The notes under the pieces were generated by a model, which searched no databases, had not been told where the DNA came from, and worked only from the letters and a program-made list of their open reading frames with translations. A stretch of 64,000 bases of DNA. Origin: Lepidodermella squamata. Its lineage: Eukaryota > Animalia > Gastrotricha. Position numbers and translations under genes: made by a program. Of the stretch, positions 47,654-61,900 are shown in pieces. Positions within the stretch are counted from its first letter, which is position 1. Every line of letters begins with the position of its first letter. The stretch spans positions 1 to 64,000 of the forward strand of contig JBLDXI010000008.1 in NCBI GenBank assembly GCA_047495785.1. The letters run 5' to 3'.

Positions 47654-50600
47654 ATGAAGTTCAAATCACGATTTTTCACCATTTTCCTCAATTTTCTCGA
47701 AATTATTACAGCTATGAAATCTGAAGTAGCTGGAATCGCTGAACTGAAATCGGCCATCAAGAATCTAAGCTCATCACCTCAAATAATTGCTGAATTAAGG
47801 GATCCAATGCCTCGATTTGTAACTTCAACCCATTTCAACACGAAATCGACATCGAACAGGACGAAAATCATCACAATTTTAATATCAATTAACTACCTGG
47901 GACCGTTAGCTATAGGTCCGATTAGTACAAAATCACTTGAATTAGCTCTCGACAGATTCGCTGGTTTGGACAACTGGCTGCCTGGCTATGAAATCGCTTT
48001 CGATTTGATAGATGACGAATGCATAGATTCGAATACAGTGGCTGGTTTGATGCATCAGATTCAGCGGAATCAGGACGAAGCTGCCGTATTGAATCGAATC
48101 TCACTCATGTTTCTTACAACGTGTTCAGCGCAAGAAACATCTGCTGAAGTTCTGAATTACTACAACCTAACAGGGGTAGGTGATAAAGACTGAATTTGCT
48201 GATATTTCGAAGCTCAGATTGTATTTATGAATCATTTTCTGAACCTCATAATCCAGAATAGCACACTAAGCAAATTTAATAGGAATTATTGGGGAACCTT
48301 TTAAGCTCTTCACTGTACATTTCATGCAAATTACTGTAACGTTTTCAAAGCTTACAGAACCTTTGTTGGATCCTTAAAAATATGCTTTAAACAACGAATA
48401 TCAACCTTGGGTACACTATCTACCTATTGAACCTGTTCCAGCTATTTCCACCGACCTTTCCAAGCCCAGGGAAGATTCCGGAACCATTTCGAAGCTGAGG
48501 GAACCTTCAAACTACATTACCTGAGACCCTTAAAAGGTTCCAGTAATATTTCAATCCGCCATCTTGATAATTTGAAGACTCAATTGTTATTAATTTGTAT
48601 AGATTTATGTGGTATTTTCAGGAAGAGAGGATTGAAACCCCTAAGGTATTTTTTTACTCGCAGATTCACCTAGATTCCTTTCACGCGTGGGTGAAAAGTT
48701 GAGAAAATGTTGTTACTCCGGGCTATTCGCACAGTCTAAATAAATGTCTGTCTGATTCCAGATGGCCTTGGTTCAAAACAACCCAGAATTCCTTCTACAA
48801 CGTAAGCGGTACAAGCAGTTTTTCGGGCTTGGCGAAACAGGCGACAAACCCTACATAGCATTGGCCTCATTCGTCTCTCAGATGGGCTGGCGTCAGATTG
48901 CCGTCATATCGGAAATAGATTCCTACTTCAACGTAGTAAGTTCGATTTTATTAAGCTGAAACCTTTCAAGTATCTTCTTGTCACCTTGCCAGATCGAGCG
49001 ATATTTCTTTCCTGCTCTCACGCGAATGAACATAACCCTAGCGTGGGTTGGCAAAGTAACGTATATGTCGTCGAACAATGACGAGTTGGTTTCAAATTTC
49101 GATGAGCTAAAATCGCACGATCAGCGAATTATCTTCGTAAATGGCGACTCCGCATCTGCCATGGCGTGCTGGCTGCATCGGTACAAAATGTTCGGACCAT
49201 TCTACGCCCTGTTCTTCGTCAACTGGGTCTACACCCCACCAAGCGACAGCTACATCCCAGAATACGTTGAACCTTGGTGCACGAAGTTGATGATCGCCCA
49301 AGTTTACGAGGGAGCCTTTTTCATGGGCGATTCTTCACTGCTGGATGTCTACGGTGAAGATTGGACGGATTCGACTGGACTTAGTGGCAGGCAGTTTTTC
49401 GAAGGTATGAGGTCGAAAATCAATCGCCCTGAGGAATCGGCTGGCTGGCAGTATTGGCGGACTGTGTACTACGACGCTGGGCTGTACCTCGGTTTCGTCC
49501 TCAATAAGACTGAATCGATTCTACGCGGAAGGAATCAAACCCTGCTTGACTGGGTGGTAAATTCTGAAAAATTCCGTGAAAATGCTTCGGAAATCATGAA
49601 AATCTACGAAGATGCCATATATTCGACCCATGTTCGAGGTTTCAAGGGGATTTACGACTTCGATCGGGCTACGACAGTCAATTCAAACGGCTACACCCCT
49701 GCGACGATTTTTCAGCTGAGAAATGCGGAGGACTTGAGCAAGTACCCTGATCAATTCCTGGTTGGGATTTACCAATCGAATAACCGGACATATCCTCTTA
49801 CTCTGCGGCGCGATCTTGTCAAATGGAGGACGAAAGATGGATTACCGCCACTTGACAGACCCATTATCGTGCCTTCAGAAGTTCCTTTGATACCGCAGCT
49901 TGTTGCTGGAACAATTTTTGGTGAGAGATGCATCCATTTACCCTTTACCCCAAATAATAGGATTCAAAGGAAAGTGATTGCTTTGCTTTGATTTACAGGT
50001 ATTTCTACAATTCTCTCGATTTCTATGCTTTCGACGATGCTATTCATTACTTTCGGAGCAAACCCCAGTCATTCGACCTCTTTTAGCCTCTACGAGAAAA
50101 TTCTTGGCTTCGGCAACGTTGTAACTTGTATTTGTGGCTTTGCAATGCCGATAAATCATTCAATGAGAGCCAATCTCGCAATTTGCGCCATGGCCATTTC
50201 TATTTTCGCTTCTATCGGCTTTGTAGCCACAATGAGCAGCATTATCGGCTACATCGAATTACTAGATGCAAGGCTGAAATGTTCCAACAGCAGACGTTCT
50301 CGCCAAATCCTGAAACCCTCCTTATCAAATGGAAAGCAAAGTATCAGACTACCAAGCGAATCCAGTATGCAGGTCCGAGAATTTCGAACAGGACCTAGCT
50401 GTTTAAAAGCTGCAATTTTCGCTATGAACTGCTTCCTTGTTATTGGAATATTCGCGACAGGCCCATTGGAGACAGGGCGAGAAATCGGGCCAATGTTTTA
50501 TGAAGATAATGATGCGAGTTCGATATTTCAAGCCTTTTATTACAAGCTGGTTGTTTCAGCATATCCGGATGAGGCGCAGACTATGGCGATCGGTTTGGCC

Positions 50601-51116
50601 GCTCTTCATTTCCTTATTTTTGTTTACGCTTGCTACGCGTCATTCAAATCCTGCAATGTAAGTCTTTCGATCTACTTTGAACGTTAAAATGTGTTCTGAA
50701 CAATTCTGAAAAATTCTAATAAAGTCAGAAAAAATCTTGAAAATTTCTAATTTTAATACCTTGGAAAGGAGAAAATAAAAAACGACCTATTTTTAGAATC
50801 TACATTCGACCGAATGGAATTCCGATTTGGTTGTTCAAAAAAGACGCATCAGCCGAGCTCTTTATTGTATCGCCCTGTTTCTAATGGCTACAACGCTCCT
50901 CGGTTTCCGTCTCGGTCCAGATTACATCCTTCCGCTAGGGACCAGCTTAGCTGTCCTTTTTTCCGCTACTTCATTTGGCCTAGTGATACTACCAAAAGTG
51001 GGCGAATTTAGGTTTTTTTATGATTTTTCATTCAGTTTATTTCATTTGAGCAGGCTCTATGCAAGAATCCTGCTATTTCGACTATGAGATCGAGCATGTT
51101 AGCGATCCAACACTAA
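47654..51116 (+). CDS. Divergent class C (GABA-B-like) GPCR, paralog of 30023-32625
   Basis: SLELALDRF..WLPGYEI..DDEC, MGWRQIAVI, ELKSHDQRII, ACWLHRYKMFGPFY, YYDA; TM exons 50000-51000. Confidence 0.82.
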
Positions 51117-51404
51117 AACGGTACATTGACTCTCGAGATAAACCGAGCGGAAAAAGACGACAAAAACGAGCCGGTGCAAAATGCAAAAGGACCATATCAT
51201 TTTCCAGGAATAAAAGATAAATTCACAGTTCACAGGAAAAAATGCGGTAGCCGGTGTAACGTGGGTGGTAATTTTGTTGTCTTTCAGCGATAGCCTGGGC
51301 CTCAAAATAGGCCACGTTTCCGTGAAGTCGAGGCGCGTCTTATCTTACCGCTACTTGTTATGAGATTCAGTATTTGAGATTTTAATCCCGAAGTTTGTTC
51401 GCCA

Positions 51405-53149
51405 TGGCCAATTCTGGGTCGTCAATTGCGGAGGTAACAACCTCCCGCCCGGGCGTCGCGAGGGCCAGCAGCGCTGCCCAACGGCCTTCCGTTTTCCCAT
51501 CAGGTTTACTACCGAGTGCCCCGAACCCAGCCATCCAATACACCCCGGCTAGTGCCATGCCAGCTTACCCGGTTATTGGGCCTAACAATTTCAACAACGC
51601 ATCTGGGCCGTCAATCCCGCCGAATTACACCAGTGCCGGGATGATGTTTCCGCAATCGTCAGGTGGAGCCATGCCTGCGTTTGCCCCGTCGTTCAATAAC
51701 ATGCTGCTGACCACGCAAATCGAGCAGAACCAGCGCTACAACCAGTTGATGTACGACCGGTACCAGCGCGAAATCTTGGGCGCGCGTGTTAAGCTGGAAG
51801 ATGCCTTCTTCAAGTGCGCTCTAGCCATGCAGGACGACGTTCGGAAGGCGGCGTTCGAGTCTTGGCAGCGTTCTGTTGCCGATGCGACCAAAGTTTTCGA
51901 TGAGATTATGACCGAGCGAATGACGCATAAAGAGGTCGACAAGACGATCGCAACTTTCAGAGCGGTATGCTTTTCGAAATTTTACTAAGAATTCGCATCA
52001 GTGGGAATGGGTGGTAGCTAGTATCGTATCCCAAGTTTCCCCGATAGGTCCAAGCAAGAAAACCCCTAAAAACTATTTGGTTTGGAAATTTGGTGCCGAA
52101 AATACCCCCTAGCTATAGGATCAGTCTAGGAAGTAGGATCCCCAACTATTGGGTAACATTGAACATCGTAACTTTATAGGACCAGAGACCCCACCCCGCT
52201 AAGGTTTCTTTGAGGTTTCTTGCTTCGACCTCTAGGCGACTGGGGGCGGTATCTCACGCCCTGTTGCCGTAAACTCATTCACATTCATCGTATTTTTCCA
52301 GGGCCTTGCTCTTTTGACGCATGCCCTGGAGATGTGCATAACAGCTCGATGTCCTCTCCGCTTCAAGGAATTAAGCACTGAGAAAAATGCGAAGGTCACT
52401 AGCGTTCACGCGGTTATGGTTATAACCAACTTTTTCGACTGCATCCAGCGGACCCTACGCAGTTTAACTGTTGAAGCTCGCAAATGGTACGACTGGGCAC
52501 AAGTCGGCATATCGGCGAATATTACCGTCAAAAAAGACGGCTCTGGGCCTATTATCTATCAATTTCAGCAAGACACGCCTCCATCTGGCAATGCTATCGC
52601 TATAGCACGGGTAATTTCTTAGATACAACAGTTCACTTGGTTTCTATCTTCGCCTCTCATATTTTTCAGCAAAATGAAGCCATGCGTAAGGAGGAAGAGG
52701 CTAGATTGCAGAGGGAGCGTGAGAAGCGCAAGAAAAGCTGTTGGTACAAATGCTTCGGAGGTGACATTGAGATGGGCCAAGTTATACCGACAGTTAACGC
52801 GCAGGTCGCGCCCGATTTGGACTACCGCATTTACACATTCGAACTGTGGAGCTTCGATATACGACTAATCGCTCGTGTCATTGATTTTCAAGACACAATA
52901 ATCGATTTCCGGAGCATCCGATACCCGCGCGATTTCGCAGATAAGCAGGCTAAGACTGATTACGCCAGGGAAAAGGAGGTTGACGAAAAGGTCCATGAGC
53001 AGCTGCTTGAGAGGAAGAAAAAGCTGGATGAATTACAGCGGCACTACAAGCAGCAGGGAGGCGGTAAGAATAAAGGCAAAAAGCAAGAAAAAACGCAGAC
53101 AGCAGCAGATCCCTTCGATGATCCTTTTGATGAAGTTGAGGAAATGTGA
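51405..53149 (+). CDS. Uncharacterised protein (Pro/Ser-rich N-terminus, helical core, charged C-terminus); exons ~51405-51964, 52302-52610, 52670-53149
   Basis: Three long same-strand ORFs with GT/AG boundaries; AATAAA at ~53229. Confidence 0.65.
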
Positions 53150-53649
53150 AAATTCGTTGGGTTTGAACGCCACGCTTGCATTTATGATGTTTGATTTCTG
53201 TATACGTCACTGAATTTGCGATTTGCGGAATAAAATTGTGATCTTCAGCGGAAATCCGGGATAGTTTTGCGAACTGTTCAAGTAAGAGAAAATCTACAAA
53301 AACATCGTTGTCGAAGTTTCTCGAAAAAAAACATTGTGACCTCCATAGCTTTGCAATTTCGCCAGAGAATGATCGCCAGGCAAAAATTGCAAAGCTAGAG
53401 CGACGCTGTACGTCTTCTAAATTCTAGGTAAAGGGTTTTCGGTGACATTCGCGGCCCTCACCTGGTTTTTCCTGGCATCGCCAGCAGTCAGCCAACAAGA
53501 AAAAATTTGGTTTCAAAACATTTCTTTTACTTTCAAATAACTGGATCAAAGCATGTGGTTGCACGATTAAGCTTTTCCTACAGTTACATTAGTCCACCTT
53601 TGTTCTCTATTGCTGTCATTAATCTCGTCAATGCTTGGATTTTTTAGGT

Positions 53650-56370
53650 TTACTTGCCGATGAGTTGGGCAAGGATTCCTCCACCTTTCGCATTTTTTAT
53701 GTTATCAATAACCACCTGCGCCTTATTCGCCTTTGCCAAATCGAGAGGCGTCCGCCCCTTGGCGTCCTTAGCCTTCAGAAGTTTATCGTTCAGGCTGTAG
53801 AACAGCATCACAACGTCAGCTTTGTCCCCAGCCGCAGCTAAATGGATGGGTAATGATTTGGCATTTGTCGCATCGACTGCCAGCAAATCAGCTCCGGCTT
53901 TGCACAGGTACTCTGAGGTTTTTATCATTCCCGCGTGGGCAGCTGCGTGCAAAGGAGATCGACCATTGAAGCCTTTCAAACTCAATTGTTCCTTGTCAAG
54001 TTTGATCAGCTCAAATGCAACCTATGAAAAGTAAGAAAAAAGTATTGATTTAACTTAGAAAATCGGTAAAAACTAACAGAAATTTGGCCATTAGCAGCTG
54101 CTATGTGGATAGCTGCATCCCCGTTTTCATTCCTAGCCTTCAGCATGTCACGATCTTTGTTGATCAGTGCCAGAACAACGCTTTCATGGCCCTGCTGAGC
54201 CGCGAGATGAATAGCCATCGACCGGGTGTCATCGTTCGTGCGGTTGTACAGGTTCACGTTGACAATGTTGATCAGAAATTCAACAACCGACATGTGGCCG
54301 TTCCAACTTGCGTCATGCAACGGTGTGCTGTGCAGTTCGTTCTCGTTTTGATGCTCGAAAAGACTCCGGAAAGGCTCTACCTCGTCGCGAACTTCCCACG
54401 GCAGGCGTTGCTGGATTTCATAGATTATCTGTTTCAAACCCATGAAATTTCCACTCTTCGCGAATTGATGGATTCGCTTCCAGTAATTTGCGGTCTGAAA
54501 ACACAACAAATTTAACATGTTTGAGCCGCACTCAAGCATTAGTACCAATTGTTTGACAATGCTTTTAGCCTCATCTCGAGCGATCTTTTTCAGAGCCTCA
54601 GCTTGGACCGGGTCAATTTGAGGCACCGAAGGCGTGTAGACCGGCGGCGGTGCAGCCTGGGCGGGAACGCTAGCCCTCTGTTGCTCAATAACCCCCTCGG
54701 ATTGCTTCGAAACACTCGCCTCCGATCTGCGTGAACCCGCGGATTTTTGGGACGAGGACGAAACTGCATTGGCATTGTTCGCATCCCGCCATCTCAAGAT
54801 TACGTTTCGCAAGCCAACAGCCGGGAAAACCTCCTTGATTTGGTCTAAATCGTAGCCAAGAAGCTCCTCCGGTGTCACGTATGCCTCTGATAATTCCCAA
54901 AATTTAAGTGATAGCTAGAAGAACTTGGTTACCTTGAAGCATTTCGCATATTGGCTGTTTGTACTGATCCGGAATATCGGGCGACCGTAAAATCATTTCA
55001 TACTGCGAATCGTCCTGAAAAAGCAAAAACGTCAATAAATCTAAAAATTGGAAAATAGAACTTACAAATCGAGTCACCGTTGAATTTGACTGTGTTGTAG
55101 GCTTCGATTTGTTAGTAACTGGCTTTGAGCTGCTGGAACTCCTCGCTTGCGATTTAGAGGGTTGAGTAACCAATCGTTCCCCGGCTAAAATCGGACTTTC
55201 CATCAAATCCTCAATCGTTGGCCGTTTTTTAGGGTCTTTCACAAGTATCGACATTACGAATTTACTGAATCCTGGCGAGTAGCCCCGGGTTTCATCGAAT
55301 GGCAATGGCGTTTTATTGATGATGTTAGTTATTAACAGCCCCTTTGTTCCTTCAAACTGTGTTTAAAAGTTAAAATTTAAGCTGAGGAAAAATTGATCAC
55401 TGGAACCTACTGGAATTTTCGCGTTGCCGATTTCGTACAATGTGATTCCCACAGACCAAATGTCGGATGGTTTTTCGTAAGGCTTCCCTAGGTGAAACTC
55501 CGGGGAGGAATAGGCCCAAGTTCCTGCCGTGGTTATCGAGGTCTTCCTGAAATTTCAAAAAAATTAAATTTGAAATTTTGCATAGAATAAAAAATTTACT
55601 CGCTCTCCAGACTTTTCGATAGGCCGAAATCACCAAGCTTTATGTTGGTCTGATCGCCGGACATTAGGATATTTCTCGGCTTGATGTCACGGTGGACATT
55701 ACCAGCACTGTGCAGGTAACTGATAGCGCTCACCAGTTGTCCGGTCCAGCGCAGAACTCGCGATTCAGGAAAAGGGCTCCTCTTCGATTTATCAATCAGC
55801 GCTCCCAAATCGCCGCCCTCGCAATACTCGGTGATCAAAAAGTAGAAATCTTCCCCAGCAATTTTCTCTGTAATCACAATAACCCAATTTAAGATAAAAC
55901 CTCAGAATGATTTTCGTGAAAGATACAAAATATTAGATCAAATCGGATTAGTCGCTTTTGAAATCATTCAATTTTGATCAAGTCAAGATCAAATTCACTA
56001 TTATATATCGTTCAAAAATCAATATTTTGGATCGAACTTGGATCAATTGCAATGAAATTGATCCAACTTTGATAATAACTCCTTGCTAACCTTCAAAAAA
56101 TCCGTAGACCAGTAAAATGTTGGGATGAACGAAATTGCGCATTTTTTCATGCTCATTGCGACTTAGTTCGAGAAGGCGAACGATTTTGCGCTCACTTAGC
56201 CCTTCATGGTCGTAATTCTTGCGCAAAGCGGTCAAGTTAACTTCTTTCATGACATAGCTTGTGTATAGGTCGTTTCGGTGCTTCACGAGGCTGACATTGC
56301 CGAAACCGCCACTGCCCAGTTCTCGGAGCACTTCGAATTCGCTGCGGGATTGGAAACGCGTCGATGCCAT
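53650..56370 (-). CDS. NEK-like Ser/Thr kinase + SAM-like domain + ankyrin repeats
   Basis: LGSGGFG, VMKEV, EYCEGGDL, HRDIKPRN, LGDFG, SPE, DIWS; PEELLGYDLDQIKEVFPAVGLRNVI; TPLHDA, AIHLAA, SPLHAAA repeats. Confidence 0.85.
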
Positions 56371-56764
56371 GCTTTTTTCCGTATGCACTTGAATTTCGGA
56401 CGTCGGCAAAAAATGAATTTAGCGAAACTTATCTAGCCAACGGCCGCTACCGTTTTTATCTGTATTTGCTCGAAAAAAGCGAGACTCTCTTTCTTGGAAT
56501 TTTTCAGTTTCGCTGATATATCAAAACGAGCTATTTTTAGCGAAGGATAACAAAACCGGCGAAAATGCACCCGTGATACTTGGTACCACCACATCCAATG
56601 AATGTTCCGTAAACTAGGACATTTGTCAGAATTGAAAGCATGAAAGTGAAAAATTGAAATTTGGGACTTCAAGATCGATTAGAACAACAATTGAAATGAC
56701 GCAAAACCTTAACGTTTCTGGGCTATTTTTATTTCCAAAAATGCATCTTAAAATAGGCCTACAA

Positions 56765-58241
56765 CTATCTGTTAGGGGTTAACCCCGTCAAATCGTCCTC
56801 AGGTTTGGCTTTTGATGATGATGATGATGATGATGCTTTTGATCCAGACTTTGATTTGCGGTCGCCTTGCGAAACTTCTCCATTTTCGTGATTCCGCCAG
56901 CGCAGCACAACGTTGCGAACGCCTATTATCGGGAAAAGCTCCTTCAGCTGGTCATCCGAATATTTGACCAGCTCATCGGTTGAAACTAAGTTCTTCTGCA
57001 GCACTTTTACGATTTTACTACGATATTCTTCAGGTATAACCGCCGACTGATTGATCTTCGAAAAATCCTGAAAACATAAGATTTCGGCTTTAAGGACGGA
57101 AAAACAGTGATGAAATGTACCATTGAAGCTTCAAGAATCTTGCTAGCATTTTCAGACGATTTCTTGGCGTCGCTCTTTTTCTCAACAACTATTATTTGTT
57201 CCGTTTCATGTTGTAGAATCGGATCATTGAAGAGCGTCTCGATTTTCGGCCGTTTTACTGCGTTTTTCTCCAACATGGACATGACAAAGTTTTCAAAGGC
57301 GGTGGAATACTTCTTTTCAGCCGGAAAAGGCTTAGCAGGGTCCCTTTAACCGATAATATGAACACAAAAATCAGATATATTCGAAATATTACTGTATTAT
57401 AGCAAGAATCTCCCTGGCTCCACATCCGAACTGCAATATTCATAAGTTTTTTGAAACCAGCTTAAAAAACCCAACTTACAGGTCTACAGAAAATTGCCAA
57501 TTCATAAGCTGTGACGCCCAAAGACCAAATATCGCATGGCTTGCTGTAGGCCTCGCCATTGTGAAATTCTGGGGCCGCATACACCAATGTACAAGCATTA
57601 GTGATAGATGATTGGGGCAGCGCAGTCCTTAAATACAGGAATTTTTCGAAATGAGTGAAATCTCAAATGACTCACTCTTCAATATTTTTCGCTAGACCGA
57701 AATCTCCGAGTTTAACTTTTTTCAAGTCCTTAGTGAGGAAAATGTTTTTCGGCTTAATATCTCGGTGCACGTGGCCACCCTGGTGGAGGTACAAAATAGC
57801 GCCGATCAACTGCCCAAGCCAGGAAACAATTTGGGTCTCATCGATTTGCGTTCCGTTGGTCTCGTTTTTCTGAATCAACGAGCTCAAATCACCGCCATCA
57901 CAGAACTCCATGACGAGAAAATAGAAATCTTCTTCGCCAATTCTCTGCTCGAAATTGCCGTAGACTGTGACAATGTTAGGGTGGACGAACTGTCGCAGGG
58001 CTTTGTGCTCTTTCCGCGCTAGTTCAAGCATTTTAAGCTGGCGCTTCTCGCTTGTCTGAGCTCGTGCAAGTTGACTTCGAAGCACGGTGAGGTTCACTTC
58101 TTTTAAGACATACTCGGAATATCGGTCCTTGCTGTGTTTGGCTAGGAAAGCGGAGCCAAAGCCGCCGCGGCCTACTGTTCTGATGATAGCGAAATCGCTT
58201 TTCGAGTTGAACAGCACTAAGGAGTTATCTTTTCCTGCCAT
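56765..58241 (-). CDS. NEK-like Ser/Thr kinase + SAM-like domain (tandem paralog, no ankyrins)
   Basis: VGRGGFG, VLKEV, EFCDGGDL, HRDIKPKN, LGDFG, APE, DIWSLG; TDELVKYSDDQLKELFPIIGVRNVV. Confidence 0.85.
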
Positions 58242-58918
58242 GTTGCTTAGCGTGTAAAAATGACAAAAATTAGGAATTCCCTTCTACATGAGTCTATAGT
58301 TGATAAGCTGGGGGCAGCTGATAACATTCCTGTTTTGAAAAACTCCCAGAAATATAGCTATTTCATTTCAAATTTCGATAAGCTTTGCGACATGGATGTC
58401 ATATGAAGTCCTGAAGATTTAAATGAACGAAACGAGTAAAATAGCAAAGTGCAATGTCTTCAATTAAGTAAATAAAGGAAGCAATTTGTTGCCACTAAAC
58501 GCTCTCGAAGAAATGGTACATCGTATCTCAGGGAGAGCACACGTGTTTGCGTCGTGTAAACATGGGTTAAACTTGATTCAGTCATTAATTATGTAAATAG
58601 GACAAAGATTTAATGTAAAGCATTTCAAATAATTGAATCTCCGACTTGAAGGCCAAACTAATTGGCGTTACCCACCAAAGCTACTCTTCTTCAGCTCGAC
58701 ATCTTCCGTTACCGCGGTTCCCATTAATTTTACAATGATAAGCTGCTGATTTTCACGGATTTTTAAATGCTGGAATCTCTGATCCCTGATTTTTCCAAGT
58801 TCACGACTCTCATATCTGATACATCGGATACTCTCACGCCTCTTTAAAAATGCAATTTCTGGCTTTGAACTTTGAGATAATTTTGTGATCGATTTTTGAA
58901 TTTTTCTTTCCCGTAGGC

Positions 58919-61900
58919 ATGATATCTTTCATGTATAGCAATTTGCACCTTTTGGTGCTTCTATTTTACACGATAATCTCCTTGCCGAAGCCGTGCAGTG
59001 GAGCGAACCAGCCAGAAACGACCATCTTCGACAACTTTGTCACCAACGTCCAGTACAACCGAGTTGAACGTCTGCAAGAACAAGCGAGTAAATTGTTACC
59101 GGGCGGGCTGAACGATCTTGCTAATGTTAAGAGCCCGTCGAACAACGACACTCTGCTTCATTTTGCTGCATTTAAAGGCGCGGTGATAAGCGTGAAATTT
59201 CTCGTTGAAGAAGCCGGTGCGAAGATCACGGCTCGCAACAGCAAAGGCGAGTTGCCCATTCATTTGGCTTGCCTTCAATCGAAGCTTCAACTTATCGAGT
59301 ATCTCTTGAATAAAAGCGATGAATTAGGCCTACAAAAGCGGTTTTCATTGGAGGCTGAGACAAACGCTGGCCAAACTCCATTATTCTATGCTGCGATGTC
59401 GAAATCTGTTAACTACAAGGATATCCTCAATTTTCTGCTCAGGAGGGGGGCTAATCGACTTCATCGCGACAAAAACGGCCAGCTACCGATCGGAATAGCA
59501 GCTGCGTTGAATCGCACTGGTAATGTCGATATTTTGAACGATCAAGGACTCTACGTACGAAATGGCAATGGACGTATTACTGAGTCTCACTTGTTAGCTG
59601 CTGCGAACAAGTGCGAATTTCTCGACTCTCCAGCTGGATTGAAGTCGTTTGACATAACAGCTATCGATCCGCATGGAGATACGCCGTTGTGTTATGCAAC
59701 TCGTAACAGCCATTTGGAGTTTGTTAAGAAAGCCATGGACAAGGTTGCACCTTCAGCCACTTGGTTAGCCTCACTGAAGTGCCGACTGGTCGGTGATGGG
59801 ATTTCGCCGAAGGGCACTGGATCATTGCTGTTTCTCGCTGCTTTTCTTCGCAGAGCTGATTTGGTTCGTTACTACAGCGAAACTGGACTCGATGTTTCAG
59901 TTCAAGTAGCGGCTCAGGTTAGACAACATTTAGGAAATTTCAACTTCTTTCCTACGAATTCTTCTATTTTTTTCATTGAATTCACATGAAAAAATCTTAA
60001 ATTTGTTGAGAAACTATTCTTCGGAAATTGAAAAAATCCTTCAATAGAAATGTGTTATAAAATACAATTTCAATCAAAACCTTTTGTTGAGATATTTCGA
60101 AAAATTTGAAATTTGTTCAAACTCTGGCCTGGATAACATTGTTCTGAAATTATAGCTTTTTTATCGTATTTTCCAGAATTTATGCCACATAAGCTAGTGA
60201 ATTGCAGCGGATTGATTTTTCTAGCTTCCAACATTCGTCATTATCTTTCCACAGGTTTCGACTAAGGAAAATGTTCTGCATGCCATGGCGAAATTGTCTG
60301 ATGCCGAGGCTCATCTTCTCGATGCAACACCCACGGATGAAATTCTATCAATTTTCGCTGATAAAATCCCTCTGTTAATCGAAGAACGCGATTCTACTGG
60401 CAGAACTCCTTATCTGGTCGCCGTTGCCAACGACGCCGAGTCATTCGCTGATATCCTTAGCAACCGTTACCAAGCTAAGAAAGATGCGATTGATTTCTAC
60501 GGCTATTCGCGAATTCATCTCGCTGGAACCGTAACAGCCTTTGAGAAACACAAAAGCGACTTCCCAGGCGCATTCAATTACGAAAATCAGCTGACTGAAG
60601 ACAATGAATTCATCGGGTATTCATTGTCTTCAGTCACGCTGATTTCGTAATTGAATGCGACCCTCGGGAAGTCGCTTTTGTGATTCTCAAAGGCCTGTTA
60701 CGCAGTTCCAGCGAGCTATCGACAGTCGATCGCTCATCTCGCCGTAAAATCGAATTACCTGAAAGTTCTGGAGAAAGTGAAGAACAGCATCGACTTGCTG
60801 AGCTGCGATAAATTCGGAAAATCACCGCTTTTGTTGGCAATCGAACTCGGCCGTAACGACATCACTAAATTTCTCCTCGAAACTGAGAAAATTCTCGTCG
60901 ATTCTCGAATCGACTGCAAAAATGACGACAGGCTTCTCCACGCATCTCTTCGTTACAAGCAACTGGAATTGGTTAAAAAGACGCTGTCTGATAAAGAATC
61001 TAGCGGGCAATTGTTCCAAGCGAATAAAGATAAGGAGACCCCGATTTCTATTGCCATCGAAGTCGAATTCGTCGAGGGAATCAAAGAAATTGTGAAGATA
61101 AATCGGACAGCTGGAACTTGGGTGGACTCAAGCGGCCGGTCTCTTTTGCACCGAGCGGCACGATGCAGCGAGGCGAACATTGAAATCATCGATACACTAT
61201 TGTCGATGCTAACGAAGAGTGAACTTTCAATGAAGCTAAGCGAAAAAGATGTGAAGGGAGATACGCTGTTATGGCTAGCGATTGAACGGAAATGTCCGGA
61301 GTTGATCGACATTTTACTCGAGAAATACGAAGCTCCTTGCGATCGGAAATCGAATGGGAATTTACCAATAATTTGGGCTGAAGCTGCGGGCTATAATCGT
61401 GTTGTAGCAGTTTTGGAGAAATTCGATCGATGCAAAGTTGAAACGATGCAATCTTGCGCCGCAGAATTGCGATCTTCACCCACTTTATCAATCCAAGGTA
61501 ATTTTCCGAATTCTTCTGATTATTCCACGCTAATGCTCATATTTTAGCCCTCGTCGATAGGCCCAAGGCGATAGCCAACGGGAAAATAGAATTCCAGGAA
61601 GTAGCTAGTGCTTGCAAAAGTGCGACTGGGCGAATCATCTGTGATGAAGGTTATTTTTTGATCGGATCGGAAACTGTCGATTTTATCGAAGGCGTTTGGG
61701 CCATGGGTGGTTATTGCGCTAAAGGTAGAAAGCAATATTCATGCGGCATTTATTTCGTTTTTACATGACTTTTTTAGGCTGTTCCCCACCTTTCCCATCA
61801 ATCTCATCCGTCAGGACAGAGTTTGGCGACCCGGCAATTGTTGCTCCCGGGACTGTTTTTACTTTCGAGTGCATGGATGGGTACTCATTGGTTGGGGCAA

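Noticed and set aside
53346-53397. 14-bp inverted repeat TAGCTTTGCAATTT/AAATTGCAAAGCTA as a terminator
   Set aside because: Eukaryotic intergenic hairpin between convergent genes; no TSD or second copy seen, function unsupported.
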